A stretch of DNA of 64,000 nt from Octopus vulgaris (GCA_951406725.2 OX597839.1:4526001-4590000); one strand, 5' to 3'; positions 27,350-40,255 are shown, counted from the stretch's first letter. Notes: generated from the letters alone by a model not told the origin. A program made the numbers and translations.

Positions 27350-27954
27350 ATATATATATATAAACAGATTTATATGTATAAAGACACACACTCATTACAA
27401 AGAACCATACACGTGTGTGTATGCGTATCCGTATGCGAGTTTCTTTGTTTATGCATATTTCATACATGTTTATACATGTCTGTTGGTGTATATCTATATG
27501 TATGAGCGTAGATATGAATATATATCTCCCACCTTATGTTTGTCAACCTCTGTATATATATATATACATTCAGTGAAAGCGTGTGTATTAATGGTTAGGC
27601 TAACCATTAATTTTTTCATAAATTAAATTTCCCAAACAAAATAAACCCGAAGAACATAACCCATGACAAACCATCATCGAAATATCCCCTTCTCAACCAA
27701 CAATAAACCCACTAATTACCCCTGCTAACATTACCCCTATATGACTAATAGAAGAATAAGCAATTAATCTTTTTACTCTCTCTCTCTCTCTCTCTCTCAT
27801 TCTGTATATACATATATAATACATACATGCATATACACACATATGTATATACATGTATAAGTTCAGCAACAATTTAGATTCAAATGAATATGGTACTTAA
27901 TTTAGATGCACCAGATGATTTGAAAGCTTTTATATTATTAGAAAACCTATATAA

Positions 27955-28040
27955 TTGGCTGAAGAGCACTCGGCATCTTAAATCTGCTGTAATACTTACA
28001 ACTTTTAATAAAATGTTGTAGTGCGAAACAATTGTACCAA
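27955..28040 (+). ncRNA. Type I hammerhead ribozyme with intact core and branched stem II insertion (family F copy 27857-28078)
   Basis: TTGG-CTGAAGA-GCACT..49 nt..AGTGC-GAAA-CAATTG-TA-CCAA. All three stems pair; GUA site. Confidence 0.8.
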
Positions 28041-28088
28041 ATTACCGGAGTCATTCTTGTTGCTTATTTTTGATTACATACATATATA

Positions 28089-28470
28089 TGGAAGCACTCC
28101 GTCAGTTACGACGACGAGGGTTCCGGTTGATCCGATCAACGGAACAGCCTACTCGTGAAATTAACGTGTAAGTGGCTGAGCACTCCACAGACACGTGCAC
28201 TCTTAACGTAGTTCTCGGGGATATTCGGCGTGACACAGAGGGTGACAAGGCCGGCCCTTTGAAATACAGGTACAACAGAAACAGGAAGTAAGAGTGAGAG
28301 AAAGTTGTGGTGAAAGAGTACAGCAGGGATCACCACCATCCCCTGCCGGAGCCTCGTGAAGCTTTAGGTGTTTTCGCTCAATAAACACTCACAACGCCCG
28401 GTCTGGGAATCGAAACCGCGATCCTACGCCCGCGAGTCCGCTGCCCTAACCACTGGGCCATTGCGCCTCC
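28089..28470 (-). mobile_element. SINE family A with tail type 2
   Basis: Family A head joined to a tail reading GGAAGCACTCCGTCAGTTACGACGACGAGGGTTCCGGTTGATCCGATCAACGG on the plus strand. Tail remnants also occur at 36680-36905 and 40818-41410. Confidence 0.85.
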
Positions 28471-28656
28471 ACATACATATATATATATACATTCAGTGAA
28501 AGCGTGTGTCTGCAAAACACGGCGTGGTTAAGGAACCGGGAAAGGAACCTCAAGAAACACGTGTAGCCGAGATAAAAGTAGTAAGTATTAAATTAAATTA
28601 AAATTCTTTTATATAGTGGGATGAAGGGGCCTACTATCTCTAATGAAATATATATA

Positions 28657-28724
<68 letters not shown>

Positions 28725-28873
28725 TTTTTACTCTTTTACTTGTTTCAATCATTTGACTGCGGCCATGCTGGAGCACCGCCTTTAATCGTAACGAGGACAC
28801 AAACACACCAGCATCGGTTGTCAAGCAATGCTAGGGGGACAAACACAGATACACAAACACACACACGCGTATA

Positions 28874-28911
<38 letters not shown>

Positions 28912-29020
28912 TACGACGGGCTTCTTTCAGTTTCCGTCTACCAAATCCACTCACAAGGCTTTAGTAGAAGACACTTGCCCAAGGTGCCATGTGGTTGGTA
29001 AACAAGCTAGTTACCACACA
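28725..29020 (-). mobile_element. SINE family B, internally deleted copy
   Basis: Family B segments with deletions. Confidence 0.75.
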
Positions 29021-29029
29021 GCCACTCCT

Positions 29030-29090
<61 letters not shown>

Positions 29091-29477
29091 ACATATTTTG
29101 AAGATATCTTTGGCTGTAATACCCATTTTTTAACCCTGATACGTATTCTATCGATATCTTTTGGACATAAACACACCAACACAGGTTTTAATGTGGTGGT
29201 GGGGGACAAATACAGATTCATACACACAAAAGACGGGCTTCTAGTTTCTCTCTACCCCCCACCCCCATACAAGGGTCTGGTCGGCCCGATGTTATAGTAT
29301 ACACTTGCTCAAGGTGCTAGGCTGTGGGACTGAACCTAGAACCATGTGGTTGGAAAGTAGAATTTTTATCTCACACACACTCGCACATACACATATATTT
29401 ACATATATATGTGCACTCAAAGGCACACATACACACACTTACCACATTTTTTATCTAGTTTCAATTGATTTATTGTC

Positions 29478-30215
29478 GTCCATCAACATGTGCTGAACAC
29501 GATCAAGATTTCCCTCGTGGGCAGCAGTTACAGGAAGTCCGTATCTTGGGTCATCTTCAAGGCTCTGCGCTTCTTTCCTACATTCAACCGTTCACTTTTG
29601 CACAGTTGATAAAACTGGAGCGTCATCCCTTAATCATCTCTTAAAGTGTTATTGGTAGCTACATCCTTTTCCTGCAGGTAATTGCTATTAAAGGCGGCGA
29701 GCTGGCAGAAACGTTAACACGCCGGGCGAAATGCGTAGCTGTATTTCGTTTGCCGCTACGTTCTGAGTTCAAATTCTGCCGAGGTCGACTTTGCCTTTCG
29801 TCCTTTCGGGGTCGATAAAGTAAGTACCTATTTCTTTATTACCCACAAGGGGCTAAACACAGAGGGGACAAACAAGGACTGACATAGGTATTAAGTCGAT
29901 TACATCGACCCCAGTGCGTAACTGGTACTTAATTTATCGACCCCGAAAGGATGAAAGGCAAAGTCGACCTCAGCGGAATTCGAACTCACAACGTAACGCA
30001 GACGAAATACCGCTAAGCATTTCGCCCGGCGTGCTAACGTTTCTGCCAGCTCGCCGCCTTTCGATAAAGTAAGTACCAGTTACGCACTGGGGTCAATGTA
30101 ATCGACTTAATCCGTTTGTCTGTCCTTGTTTGTCCCCTCTGTGTGTAGCCCCTTGTGAGTAGTAAAGAAATAGGTAATTGCTATCACCACGATGTCAACT
30201 TTTGTCTATTTTCAA
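29478..30215 (-). pseudogene. Tc1/mariner transposase N-terminal remnant, interrupted by nested SINE C
   Basis: Minus-strand fragments DKS*HRG..YLQEK, LRDDAPVLSTVQK* and SLEDDPRYGLPVTAAHEGNLDRVQHMLMDD match the mariner APS..TV..W...SLEDDPRSGRP region. Confidence 0.75.
29690..30171 (+). mobile_element. SINE family C containing an inverted family C copy (29829-30060)
   Basis: Outer TSD AGGTAATTGCTAT at 29676-29688 and 30172-30184. Inner TSD TCGATAAAGTAAGTACC at 29812-29828 and 30061-30077. Confidence 0.9.
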
Positions 30216-30468
30216 GCGGAGTCGCTACTAGTTACGTAAGAAGTCTTCTTCGAACAGTGAGATACCAATTTCGCTGGAAAGAAACAGTACAGTTACTAAT
30301 AAGGAGAGATTAAATACATGCAGCATTACACAGCTCTAGCACCACTCCTTCGCAATCAGCCTATGATCTTTTCTGCCCACTCTCGCAAGAGCCGGTTAAA
30401 GACATAAATTAATCTATGTTGCTTAACCTACGGCAAATCAAAAATGCTAAACGAAGAGAGAAATATAT

Positions 30469-30504
<36 letters not shown>

Positions 30505-30612
30505 TTATCAATATAGGGTAGCAAAAAAATTCAAGAAAAAATTCAAGAAAAATTTTCTGTAACCAGCGGTCAAGTGAGAAAATAGAAATAGTCACAGACT
30601 ATATAATATATT

Positions 30613-30796
30613 CAACAAAATATTAAGGAAAGACCCTTACAGGTCATTCGACTCACTTGAAAAGAGCAGCCAAAACTCAAACCGCAAAAATAATAGTAAT
30701 TCAGAAAGCTAAAGGAGAAATAAAAACGTTTGAGTTTTGGCTGCTCTTTTCAAGTGAGTCGAATGACCTGTAAGGTCTTTCCTTAATATTTTGTTG
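30613..30796. repeat. Inverted repeat, ~70 bp arms with 45 bp spacer
   Basis: 30613-30682 is the near-perfect reverse complement of 30728-30796. Confidence 0.9.
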
Positions 30797-30846
30797 TATA
30801 TATATATATATATATATATTAAATTATAAATTATATATATTAAATT

Positions 30847-30896
<50 letters not shown>

Positions 30897-31084
30897 ATTA
30901 AAGTCAAAATAAGGGTGAAAAAATTGGATATTAATTTAATAACACCATTTGTCCTGCTCGCTTAAGTTTTTGGTGTGTTGAATTATTTCTTGAGAAACAA
31001 TTCTTAGTGGTGGATTCCCTTTGCGGATCTATATCTAGCGTAAGAGCGTCCACATAGTGGATTCTCTCTTATAGTTGTGTATTA

Positions 31085-31117
<33 letters not shown>

Positions 31118-31527
31118 GTATAAAGAGAGACAGACTAAGTCAGAAAGTCATCGAGAGCGTAAAGCTAAGCTATTTCTTTTCGGTCTTTCTATCCATCGAT
31201 TCATCTCGTTAAAACGTAACCCATGGCGTCTACGTTAAGACGTTTAGTAAAATATTTTCATTACTGTCGGCTATAAAACAGACTTAATTAAAGAACTAAT
31301 GATTAATTGATTTCTTTGTATCATGGATTTTACTTTAACTTACCGTACTTGGTTATCTCCTAAGGTTGTTTTCATGAGTCACATCTTCCTTCTCATAAAC
31401 ACATACACATCTATATATAAATATATATACATATATACATGCATACATACATATATATAAACATACATACAAACACACATACACACACACATACATATAT
31501 AGATCCATACATGCATATACGTGCAAT

Positions 31528-31595
<68 letters not shown>

Positions 31596-31728
31596 TCCAT
31601 TTATTTCAAAGCTTTTTTTATGCGATATATAAAATATTTTAATGAACATATCTTCCTCCCCTTCGCCATGGTTATTTTATTGTAAAAATTAACATTTCAA
31701 ATGAAATCTTTTATCACTTATTGTTCAA

Positions 31729-31785
<57 letters not shown>

Positions 31786-32119
31786 GAATATAGGTCTGTT
31801 TATGTGTGTGTGTGTTTGTGTATCATCTCTTTCTTCGCGTTTCATCTTAGTCTCACCGGTATATTCGTTTCTCTCTCTCTCTCTCTCTCTCTCCCACCTG
31901 CCATTTACTTCCCGTCATCACACAAACACGCACAAACTCACACACAAACATACACATACATATTTAGAGAGAGGGGAGAGAGCGAGAGAGAGCTAGAGAG
32001 AAAGAGAGAGAGAGAGAGACAGAGACAGATAGATAGGTAGATGCAGATAGGTATAGATGTTAATCGATATAGATATATGCATTACATTTATGCTAATACA
32101 TACATACATATATATATAC

Positions 32120-32207
<88 letters not shown>

Positions 32208-32302
32208 GTATGTATATATATATATATGTATATATATATATGTATGTATATATATATGTATATATATATATGTATATATATATATGTATGTAAATATATA
32301 TG

Positions 32303-32333
<31 letters not shown>

Positions 32334-32418
32334 GTATATATATATATATGTATATATATATGTATATATATATATGTATATATATATATGTATGTATATA
32401 TATACATGTATGTATATG

Positions 32419-32482
<64 letters not shown>

Positions 32483-32837
32483 TGTATTGTATATACGAGT
32501 GTGTATGTGTGTGCGTGTGTATTTCCATTTATAATTGTGCTTTATGTCTGCGAGTGTATATGCTTCTCTCTCCCTTGTTTCCTTTCCCTTTTTACCTCAG
32601 AGTCTTTCCCACCCACGCTCTCGCTTTCTCTCTTTCTCTCTTTCTCCCCCTCTCTTTAGTTCTGTCTCTCTTACTCCTTCTCTCTCTCTTACTCCTTCTC
32701 CCACTTCTTGAAAATTACTCACAGTGATTTCAATATTTGTAGATGTTAACTTTTTCTCATAAACCCTTTAGCAAAAAGAGACATTTTTTTTTTGTATAAA
32801 ATTAAAATTTCTAGTAGAATAAACACAGCCAAACACT

Positions 32838-32876
<39 letters not shown>

Positions 32877-33073
32877 CTATACACACACACACACACACAC
32901 ACAGACACTAACACACACAAACACGCACTAACATACACAGACATTCATGCACACACATGCACATACACACACACGCTCAATCAGCCAGACACACACACAC
33001 ATGTAAATATCTATCTATCTAAACAATTTTATATATATGCATGTATGTATGTATATGTGTGTATGTATATATT

Positions 33074-33119
<46 letters not shown>

Positions 33120-33190
33120 GTATATATATATATACATATAACTATATATATATAAATATATATATATACATGTATATATATATATACATA

Positions 33191-33243
<53 letters not shown>

Positions 33244-33244
33244 T

Positions 33245-33287
<43 letters not shown>

Positions 33288-33694
33288 ATATGTATATATA
33301 TGTATAGATATATTTATGCACGCATACATACGCACTCAAATATAAGTGCCGGTATATTTGTTTATACATACTTGTGCGCGTGTATGAATGTATTGTGCGA
33401 ACACTTAACATTTTGAATTATGTTCAAAAATCACATAAAACCAACAAGAATTACAAAACTTATATAATGGGTTATGTTCGTAATTTAAATATATTAAATA
33501 TATAATAAACATGATTGTATTAAGTTATAGTATATTCAATTACAGAAAGAGAGCAATACTCTCACTTGTATGTGTAAGTATATGCATGTGTATGTATGCT
33601 TATACATATACTACAGAATTACATTCATACATCCAAGCATGCATACATATATGTGTGTATATATATCTACATTTAATATCTGTCTATCTTTCAG

Positions 33695-33784
<90 letters not shown>

Positions 33785-33908
33785 GATCAATCAATCTATC
33801 TACCTATCTATCTATAAATATACTACATATATATGTATATATATATATATGTGTGTGTGTGTATGTGTGTGTGTATAACTATATATATATATACATAGTT
33901 ATACACAC

Positions 33909-33999
<91 letters not shown>

Positions 34000-34679
34000 G
34001 AGAGAGAAAGAGAGAAATAGATAGCGATAGGTAGACAGATAGATAGATAAATAGGTAGATCAGCTAAAGGATTGATTGAATCTAGATTCATCAACATGGA
34101 GGCTGGGAATGGCTGGCTTCTTATAATTGTGCTGGTAGCATCCTGTTAGTACGTATCTATACACTCAAACATCTGTAATGTATATATATATATATATATA
34201 TATATAAATATACATATGCACATATTCATATATAGGTACTCAATCCAATGTAAACCGTAGATCCAACCCAACGTTGGTCCAAGAGTAACGTATAGACACA
34301 CAAAGAAAACATGTGGAGTTCAAAATTCTTAACAGCTGTTTCGCAGCATTTTAGCGACGCACTTTTAGATTACATCAGGTGAAAAATTGACCATCATGAA
34401 GCAAATATTTAATACATGAACAGGGAACGCAAAAATAGAAGACCTGTTTATCTACTCCCCACTACGATAGTGAAGTAAACTGGTCATGTATATATATAAT
34501 GAACCGTTTTAAGTAAATCAGAGAATAAACAATATTCATTTTTTTTATTATGAAGTCATTTATGTTCCTCTGTTTTCGCCTACGTAACGTTTCCGCTGCT
34601 GTCAAGGTGCATCTTACGCATCTTTTACTGCATTATGATGCTGCAATCCATCAAGGGCTTTATCACCAGCAGTAAACAG

Positions 34680-34915
34680 CATGAAATATGAAAACAAATG
34701 AGTTGAATACGCAAACAACGGGAGAAAGAAATGGAAAACAGGACAAGTAAAATAAGGAACGACCCTTCATCAGTTGTCGGCTGTCTATCTACTCCTCATT
34801 TCGAGCATTGAACGACAATATGAGTCTTCGAAGACAGTGGTTCCCATAAGTACCAAAATAAAATTTGGGATTTATGGAGGATCAAAAGTTGGGAACAAAA
34901 ACAGGATAGTGGAGA
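34680..34915 (-). mobile_element. Diverged member of repeat family P (copy 3)
   Basis: Minus strand CTATCCTGTTTTTGTTCCCAAC..CCTCC..CAAATTTTATTT and CCTTATTTTACTTGTCCTGT align with 35930-35990 and 36092-36112. Confidence 0.6.
34762..34824 (-). ncRNA. Putative permuted hammerhead ribozyme (intact core)
   Basis: Minus strand reads CTCAT-A | TTGTCG-TTCAAT-GCTC-GAAA-TGAG-15 nt-CGACAA-CTGATGA-A-GGGT. Confidence 0.72.
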
Positions 34916-34957
34916 CATACAGAAATGCGTACATACATACATACAAACATACATATG

Positions 34958-35248
34958 TCACGTGACCATCACGTGACCGACCAGTCCATCAGATGTAGTT
35001 ATACATCGCTGGTCACAATGCGTTCGCATTGTTTTAGCCTTCGAATGACGCCACCCCGCTGGCTAAGCGAGCAGGCTAACAGAAGACAGAGTGGGAGAAA
35101 GAGTGGTGAAAGAGTACAGCAGGGATCACCACACCCTGCCGGAGCCTCGTGGAGCTTTTGGGTGTTTTCGCTCAATAAACACTCACAACGAAACCGCGAT
35201 CCTACGACCGCGAGTCCGCTGCCCTAACCACTAGGCCATTGCGCCTCC
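34958..35248 (-). mobile_element. SINE family A (tail type 1, small deletion)
   Basis: Matches 365-663. Confidence 0.85.
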
Positions 35249-35844
35249 ACACAAACATATATATATATATATAACGGGAAGGTTTACGAAAATAAACAAA
35301 AGACGAAGGCAGGTGGAGTACAAACAAACAAATGTATTAGTATGGCGCTCAGGAATAGAAATAGAACAAGTCTTTTAAGTTTCGAGCTTACGCTCTTCGA
35401 CAGAAAGATACACAGAAAAAAAAACAAGGAGAGAAATATATATATATATTCTCCAGGATGACCGCAGTCAAATGACTGAAACAATTGGAAAAATGAAAGA
35501 ATATGTATGCGTGTGCCATTCTGTCTGTCCCCTCATCAACGTTTGACAATAGGTGTTGGTGTCTTTACATCCTCGTAACCTAGTGGTTCGGCAAAAGACA
35601 CCGAGAGAATAAGTACTAGCCTTAAAATGAAGTTCAGGAGTCGATTTGCTCGACTAAAACCCTTTAAGGTGGTGCTCCAGTGGCGCTCCAGCACGGCCGC
35701 AATCAAATTACCGAAAAAGGTATAAAAGAATCAAGAATGAAGATTCATATAAATATACTCACGTACACAAATGAATATGTATAAATATTCACACACCGAT
35801 TCCTATATCGATAGCGTTCGTAAAAAAAAAAAAAAAAAATTATC

Positions 35845-36302
35845 TCGTTTGGCTTAACAGCCCTTCTTGTTTGTGTTACTATCATTCTCCGTGTCCTGTC
35901 CTTTACTGTTTATATTTTGTACTGTCGTTACTGTCCTGTTTTTGTTACCATTTTTACCCCTCCGCAAAAAAATTTCAAATTTTATTTAATTTGATTTTCA
36001 CGGGAAGGAAATTTTCATTGAAGTCATGTATCGCCTTGACCTTCGAAACGTGGAGTAGATGAACCTAAGGCGACTGAATAAGGGGAATTTTCCTTGTTTT
36101 GTATGTCCTGTACTCTATTTATTCGTTGTTTAAAAATATGTCCATTTCCTTGGTTTTGTGTTTATGTTTTCGTTTCTCATTGTGTTCGACGATTTTTTGG
36201 TGTCCTATACGCATATATATGCATGTATATATACATGTAGAGGTAGGTAGTACATATATGTATGTATATATACATATGTTTTATTTATTTATTAATTTAT
36301 TA
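35845..36302 (+). mobile_element. Repeat family P, copy 2
   Basis: Colinear with 1880-2382. Confidence 0.8.
36024..36085 (+). ncRNA. Permuted hammerhead motif with G8->U core mutation
   Basis: TCATGT-A | TCGCCTTG-A-CCTTC-GAAA-CGTGG..TAAGGCGA-CTGAATA-A-GGGG. Confidence 0.6.
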
Positions 36303-36630
36303 TATATACACACAAGCAGACACAAACACGTATGTATATAAAAATAGATCAGACAGATTACAGACGTATATATAAAAAAATGCACACAATATAAAAGATT
36401 AAAGACCTAATTTATAATTGAGTTTATATATTAAAAAAATAAAATAAAACTCAAACCATCTAGTTTTAGAACCGGATATAATAAAACTGAAATAACCAGA
36501 TGAATCGAGAGAATGTAGATATACGTATACAAATGCTAACACACAGATATAACCACACAAATACACATATATAACATATATACTTACAATTGTTACAAAT
36601 ACAAAGAAAGACACGTATGTAACACACACA

Positions 36631-36679
<49 letters not shown>

Positions 36680-36900
36680 GGCACTATGGAGGCTATGACG
36701 ACGGGGTTTCCAGTCGATCCAATCAGCGGAACCGTCTGTTGATGAAATTAACGTCAAGTGGTTGAGCACTCCACAGACGCGTGTACCCTTAACATGCTAC
36801 ACACACACACGCACGCAGGCATATATATATATTACTGGCACTATGTCGGATATGATGACGGGATTTCCAGTCGATCCAATCAATGGAACCGTCTGCTGAT

Positions 36901-36968
<68 letters not shown>

Positions 36969-36969
36969 G

Positions 36970-37017
<48 letters not shown>

Positions 37018-37020
<3 letters not shown>

Positions 37021-37250
37021 TTCTTTACTACCCACAAGGGGCTAAACACAGAGGGGACAAACAAGGACAGACAAACAGATTAAGTCGATTACATCGACCC
37101 CAGTGCGTAACTGGTACTTAATCTATCGACCCCGAAAGGATGAAGGGCAAAGTCGACCTCGGCGGAATTTGAACTCAGAACGTAACGGCAGACGAAATAC
37201 GGCTACGCATTTAGTCCGGCGTGCTAACGTTTCAGCCAGCTCGACGCCTT
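37018..37250 (-). mobile_element. SINE family C monomer
   Basis: Head plus one body unit, between (TA)n tracts. Confidence 0.85.
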
Positions 37251-37254
37251 CATA

Positions 37255-37480
<226 letters not shown>

Positions 37481-37494
37481 GTATATGTATATAT

Positions 37495-37557
<63 letters not shown>

Positions 37558-37821
37558 TAAATTCATCTAAGTGTATGTCTGTGATTCTGTGTGTGAGTGT
37601 ATATGTGTGTGCTTGTTGCATGTGTGTGTGTGACATTTGATTGTCTCCCACCACCGCTTGACAACCGGTGTTGTCGTGTTTATGTCCTTGGAACATCCCA
37701 GTTCGGCAAGAGAGACCGATAGAATAAGTACCAGGCGTAACAAAAAGAGTACTAGCAGGCGATCCGTTCGGCTAAATATTCTTTAAGTTGGTGTGCTAGC
37801 ATGGCCGCGGTTTAATGACCA

Positions 37822-38218
37822 CAGGAGTGGCTGTGTGATGAGAAGCTTTCGTACCAACTACATGGTTCCGGGTTCAGTACCACTGCGTGACACCTTGGGA
37901 AAGTGTCGACTGCTATAACCTCGGACCGACCAAAGCATTGTGAATGGATCTGGTAGACGGAAACTGAAAGAAGCCCGCCGTATATGTACATGCGTGTGTG
38001 TGTGTGTATGCGTGTCTGTGTTTGTTTTTCCAACATCGCTTGACAACCGATATTGGTGTGTTAACGTCCCCGTAACTTAGCGGTTTGGCCAAAGAGTCCG
38101 ATAGAATAAGTACTACACTAACAAGGAATAAGTCCTGGGGTTGATTTGCTCGACTAAAGGCGGTGCTCCAGCATGGCTGCACTCAAATATGACTGAAACA
38201 AGTAAAAGTATAAAAGAA
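37822..38218 (+). mobile_element. SINE family B, preceded by an older 3' half at ~37600-37820
   Basis: Matches 12549-12951. Confidence 0.8.
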
Positions 38219-38226
38219 TATATGTA

Positions 38227-38299
<73 letters not shown>

Positions 38300-38304
38300 G
38301 TCTC

Positions 38305-38354
<50 letters not shown>

Positions 38355-38711
38355 TCTCTACATATATATATATATATAGATATACATACACATGTATGTA
38401 TATATACTCATATTTATATACACGTACATATACATGCGCAGAGAAATCTATTTATAGATACATGTACGCAGCCACATTCGCACCCTAACTCAGTTGCCCA
38501 GAATCGTACCTACACTTACACAGACACACGTACACTCACCCCCATACTCTGATGCATACCATTTTTAATAATGACTTCTCTCCCTCTTTAGTAAAAAACC
38601 TCGTCCCCCATGCCACTCGGCACCACCATCAATATAATATTGTTTCTATCAACGCCTTGCCTTGTCTCTCTCTCCACCGACTCTCTCTCTCTCTGTCTCT
38701 CTCTCTCTGTC

Positions 38712-38776
<65 letters not shown>

Positions 38777-39509
38777 TTATCCATCTCTTCCATCTAACAT
38801 AGATGACCCTTCAGCAACCAAGTAACCGGCAAGCCAGTAAGCCAGCAAACCAGCCAGCCAGCCATCTTCCCGATCCTGACCCTCCACTCCACCGCCATCC
38901 ATGCAGTTAGTGTTATCGTCATATCGTATCAGACTCCTCATCGCCGTTCCATTCCGCATCCATTCACATCGATGATTTCAGATAATTTGTACCATCGTCT
39001 AGATTTGTCAATCTTGGTTCTCCATCGCTCTCCGCTAAAACATTAATACGACCGACATCGTCGCTCTTTATCGCCGGCGCTACCACCACCACCACCACCA
39101 CCACCACCTCCACCACCACCACCACCACCATCACCACCAAAACAGTCATCGTCGCCTCTAACACCATCTCCACCGCACCACCATGACGACAACGACGACC
39201 GCTGCCGCCGCCGCCGCCACGGCCACCATGACCACCACGACCACAAGCCCCACCTCTACTACCACACTTACATGAACAACAGCTATAGGACTATCATCAA
39301 CAGAACTAGGAACACCTCAACCACCACAAACAACCACCACCTACACCAGCACCAACACCACCACCGCCACAATAACAACTATCACCACTTACACCAACAC
39401 CCACATAACACTCCTACTAACAGCATTAATCATAAACACCAATATTTCTCTCAGCATCGCCACGATCCCCATCACCACCACCACCACCACAACCATCACC
39501 AGAAAGACT

Positions 39510-40199
39510 GAGCCGGAGATTGCCGGAGATTGCCGGAGATTGCCGTAGATTGCCGGAGATAGCCAGAAATATGCGGAATAGCATTTTGAAAGATTTCCCA
39601 ATAATGCTGGGTGTTAAAACACCTGGGAGAGACTGAGATAGAGATAGGCGGAGATAGAGTGAGATTGGCGGAGTTTGCCGGAGTTTGCCGGATATTGGCG
39701 GAGTTTGCCCGAGATTGGCGGAGTTTGCCGGATATTGCCAGAGTGTGCCGGAGTTTGCCGGAGATTACCGGAGATTGCCGGCGTTTGCCAGATATTGCCG
39801 GAGATTGCTGGAGTTTGCCGGAGATTGGTGGAGTTTGCGGAGATTGTCAGAGTTTGCAGGAGTTTTCCGGAGATTACCGTAGATTGGCGGAGTTTGCCGG
39901 AGTTTGGCGGAGGTTGCCGGAATCTGCCGGAGATTACCTGAGATTGTCGGGGTATGCCGGAGATTTAAAAAAAAATTTTAAAGAAAAATTGTCCGGCCAT
40001 TTCCGGCAATCTCCGGCAATTTCCCGCAATATCCGGTAATTCCCAGCAATATCCGGCAATTTCCGGTAATTTTCGGCAATTTCCAACAACCCACGGTAAT
40101 TTCCGGCAAACCCCGGTAATTTCCGGCAGAAAATTTTTGGCAAAAATTTTCAACTATTTCTACGGTAAATTTTCAAAAATTTTGGGGGCAATCTCCGGA
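39510..40199. repeat. 10 bp CpG-rich minisatellite (GGAGWTTGCC)n arranged as two inverted arrays
   Basis: TTGCCGGAGA-type units at 39511-39965 and their reverse complements (CTCCGGCAAT) at 39990-40199. Confidence 0.9.
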
Positions 40200-40255
40200 T
40201 ATGCTATTTATTGTTCTTATACATACATACATACATACACACACATATCTATCTA

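Noticed and set aside
38800-39250. Unique GC-richer segment with short minus-strand ORFs
   Set aside because: No recognisable domain or splice structure; the ORFs depend on (ACC)n repeats.
39611-40039. 142 aa ORF with apparent LPEIAGVCR repeats
   Set aside because: It is a by-product of the 10 bp minisatellite; the period is not a multiple of three and several frames on both strands are open.
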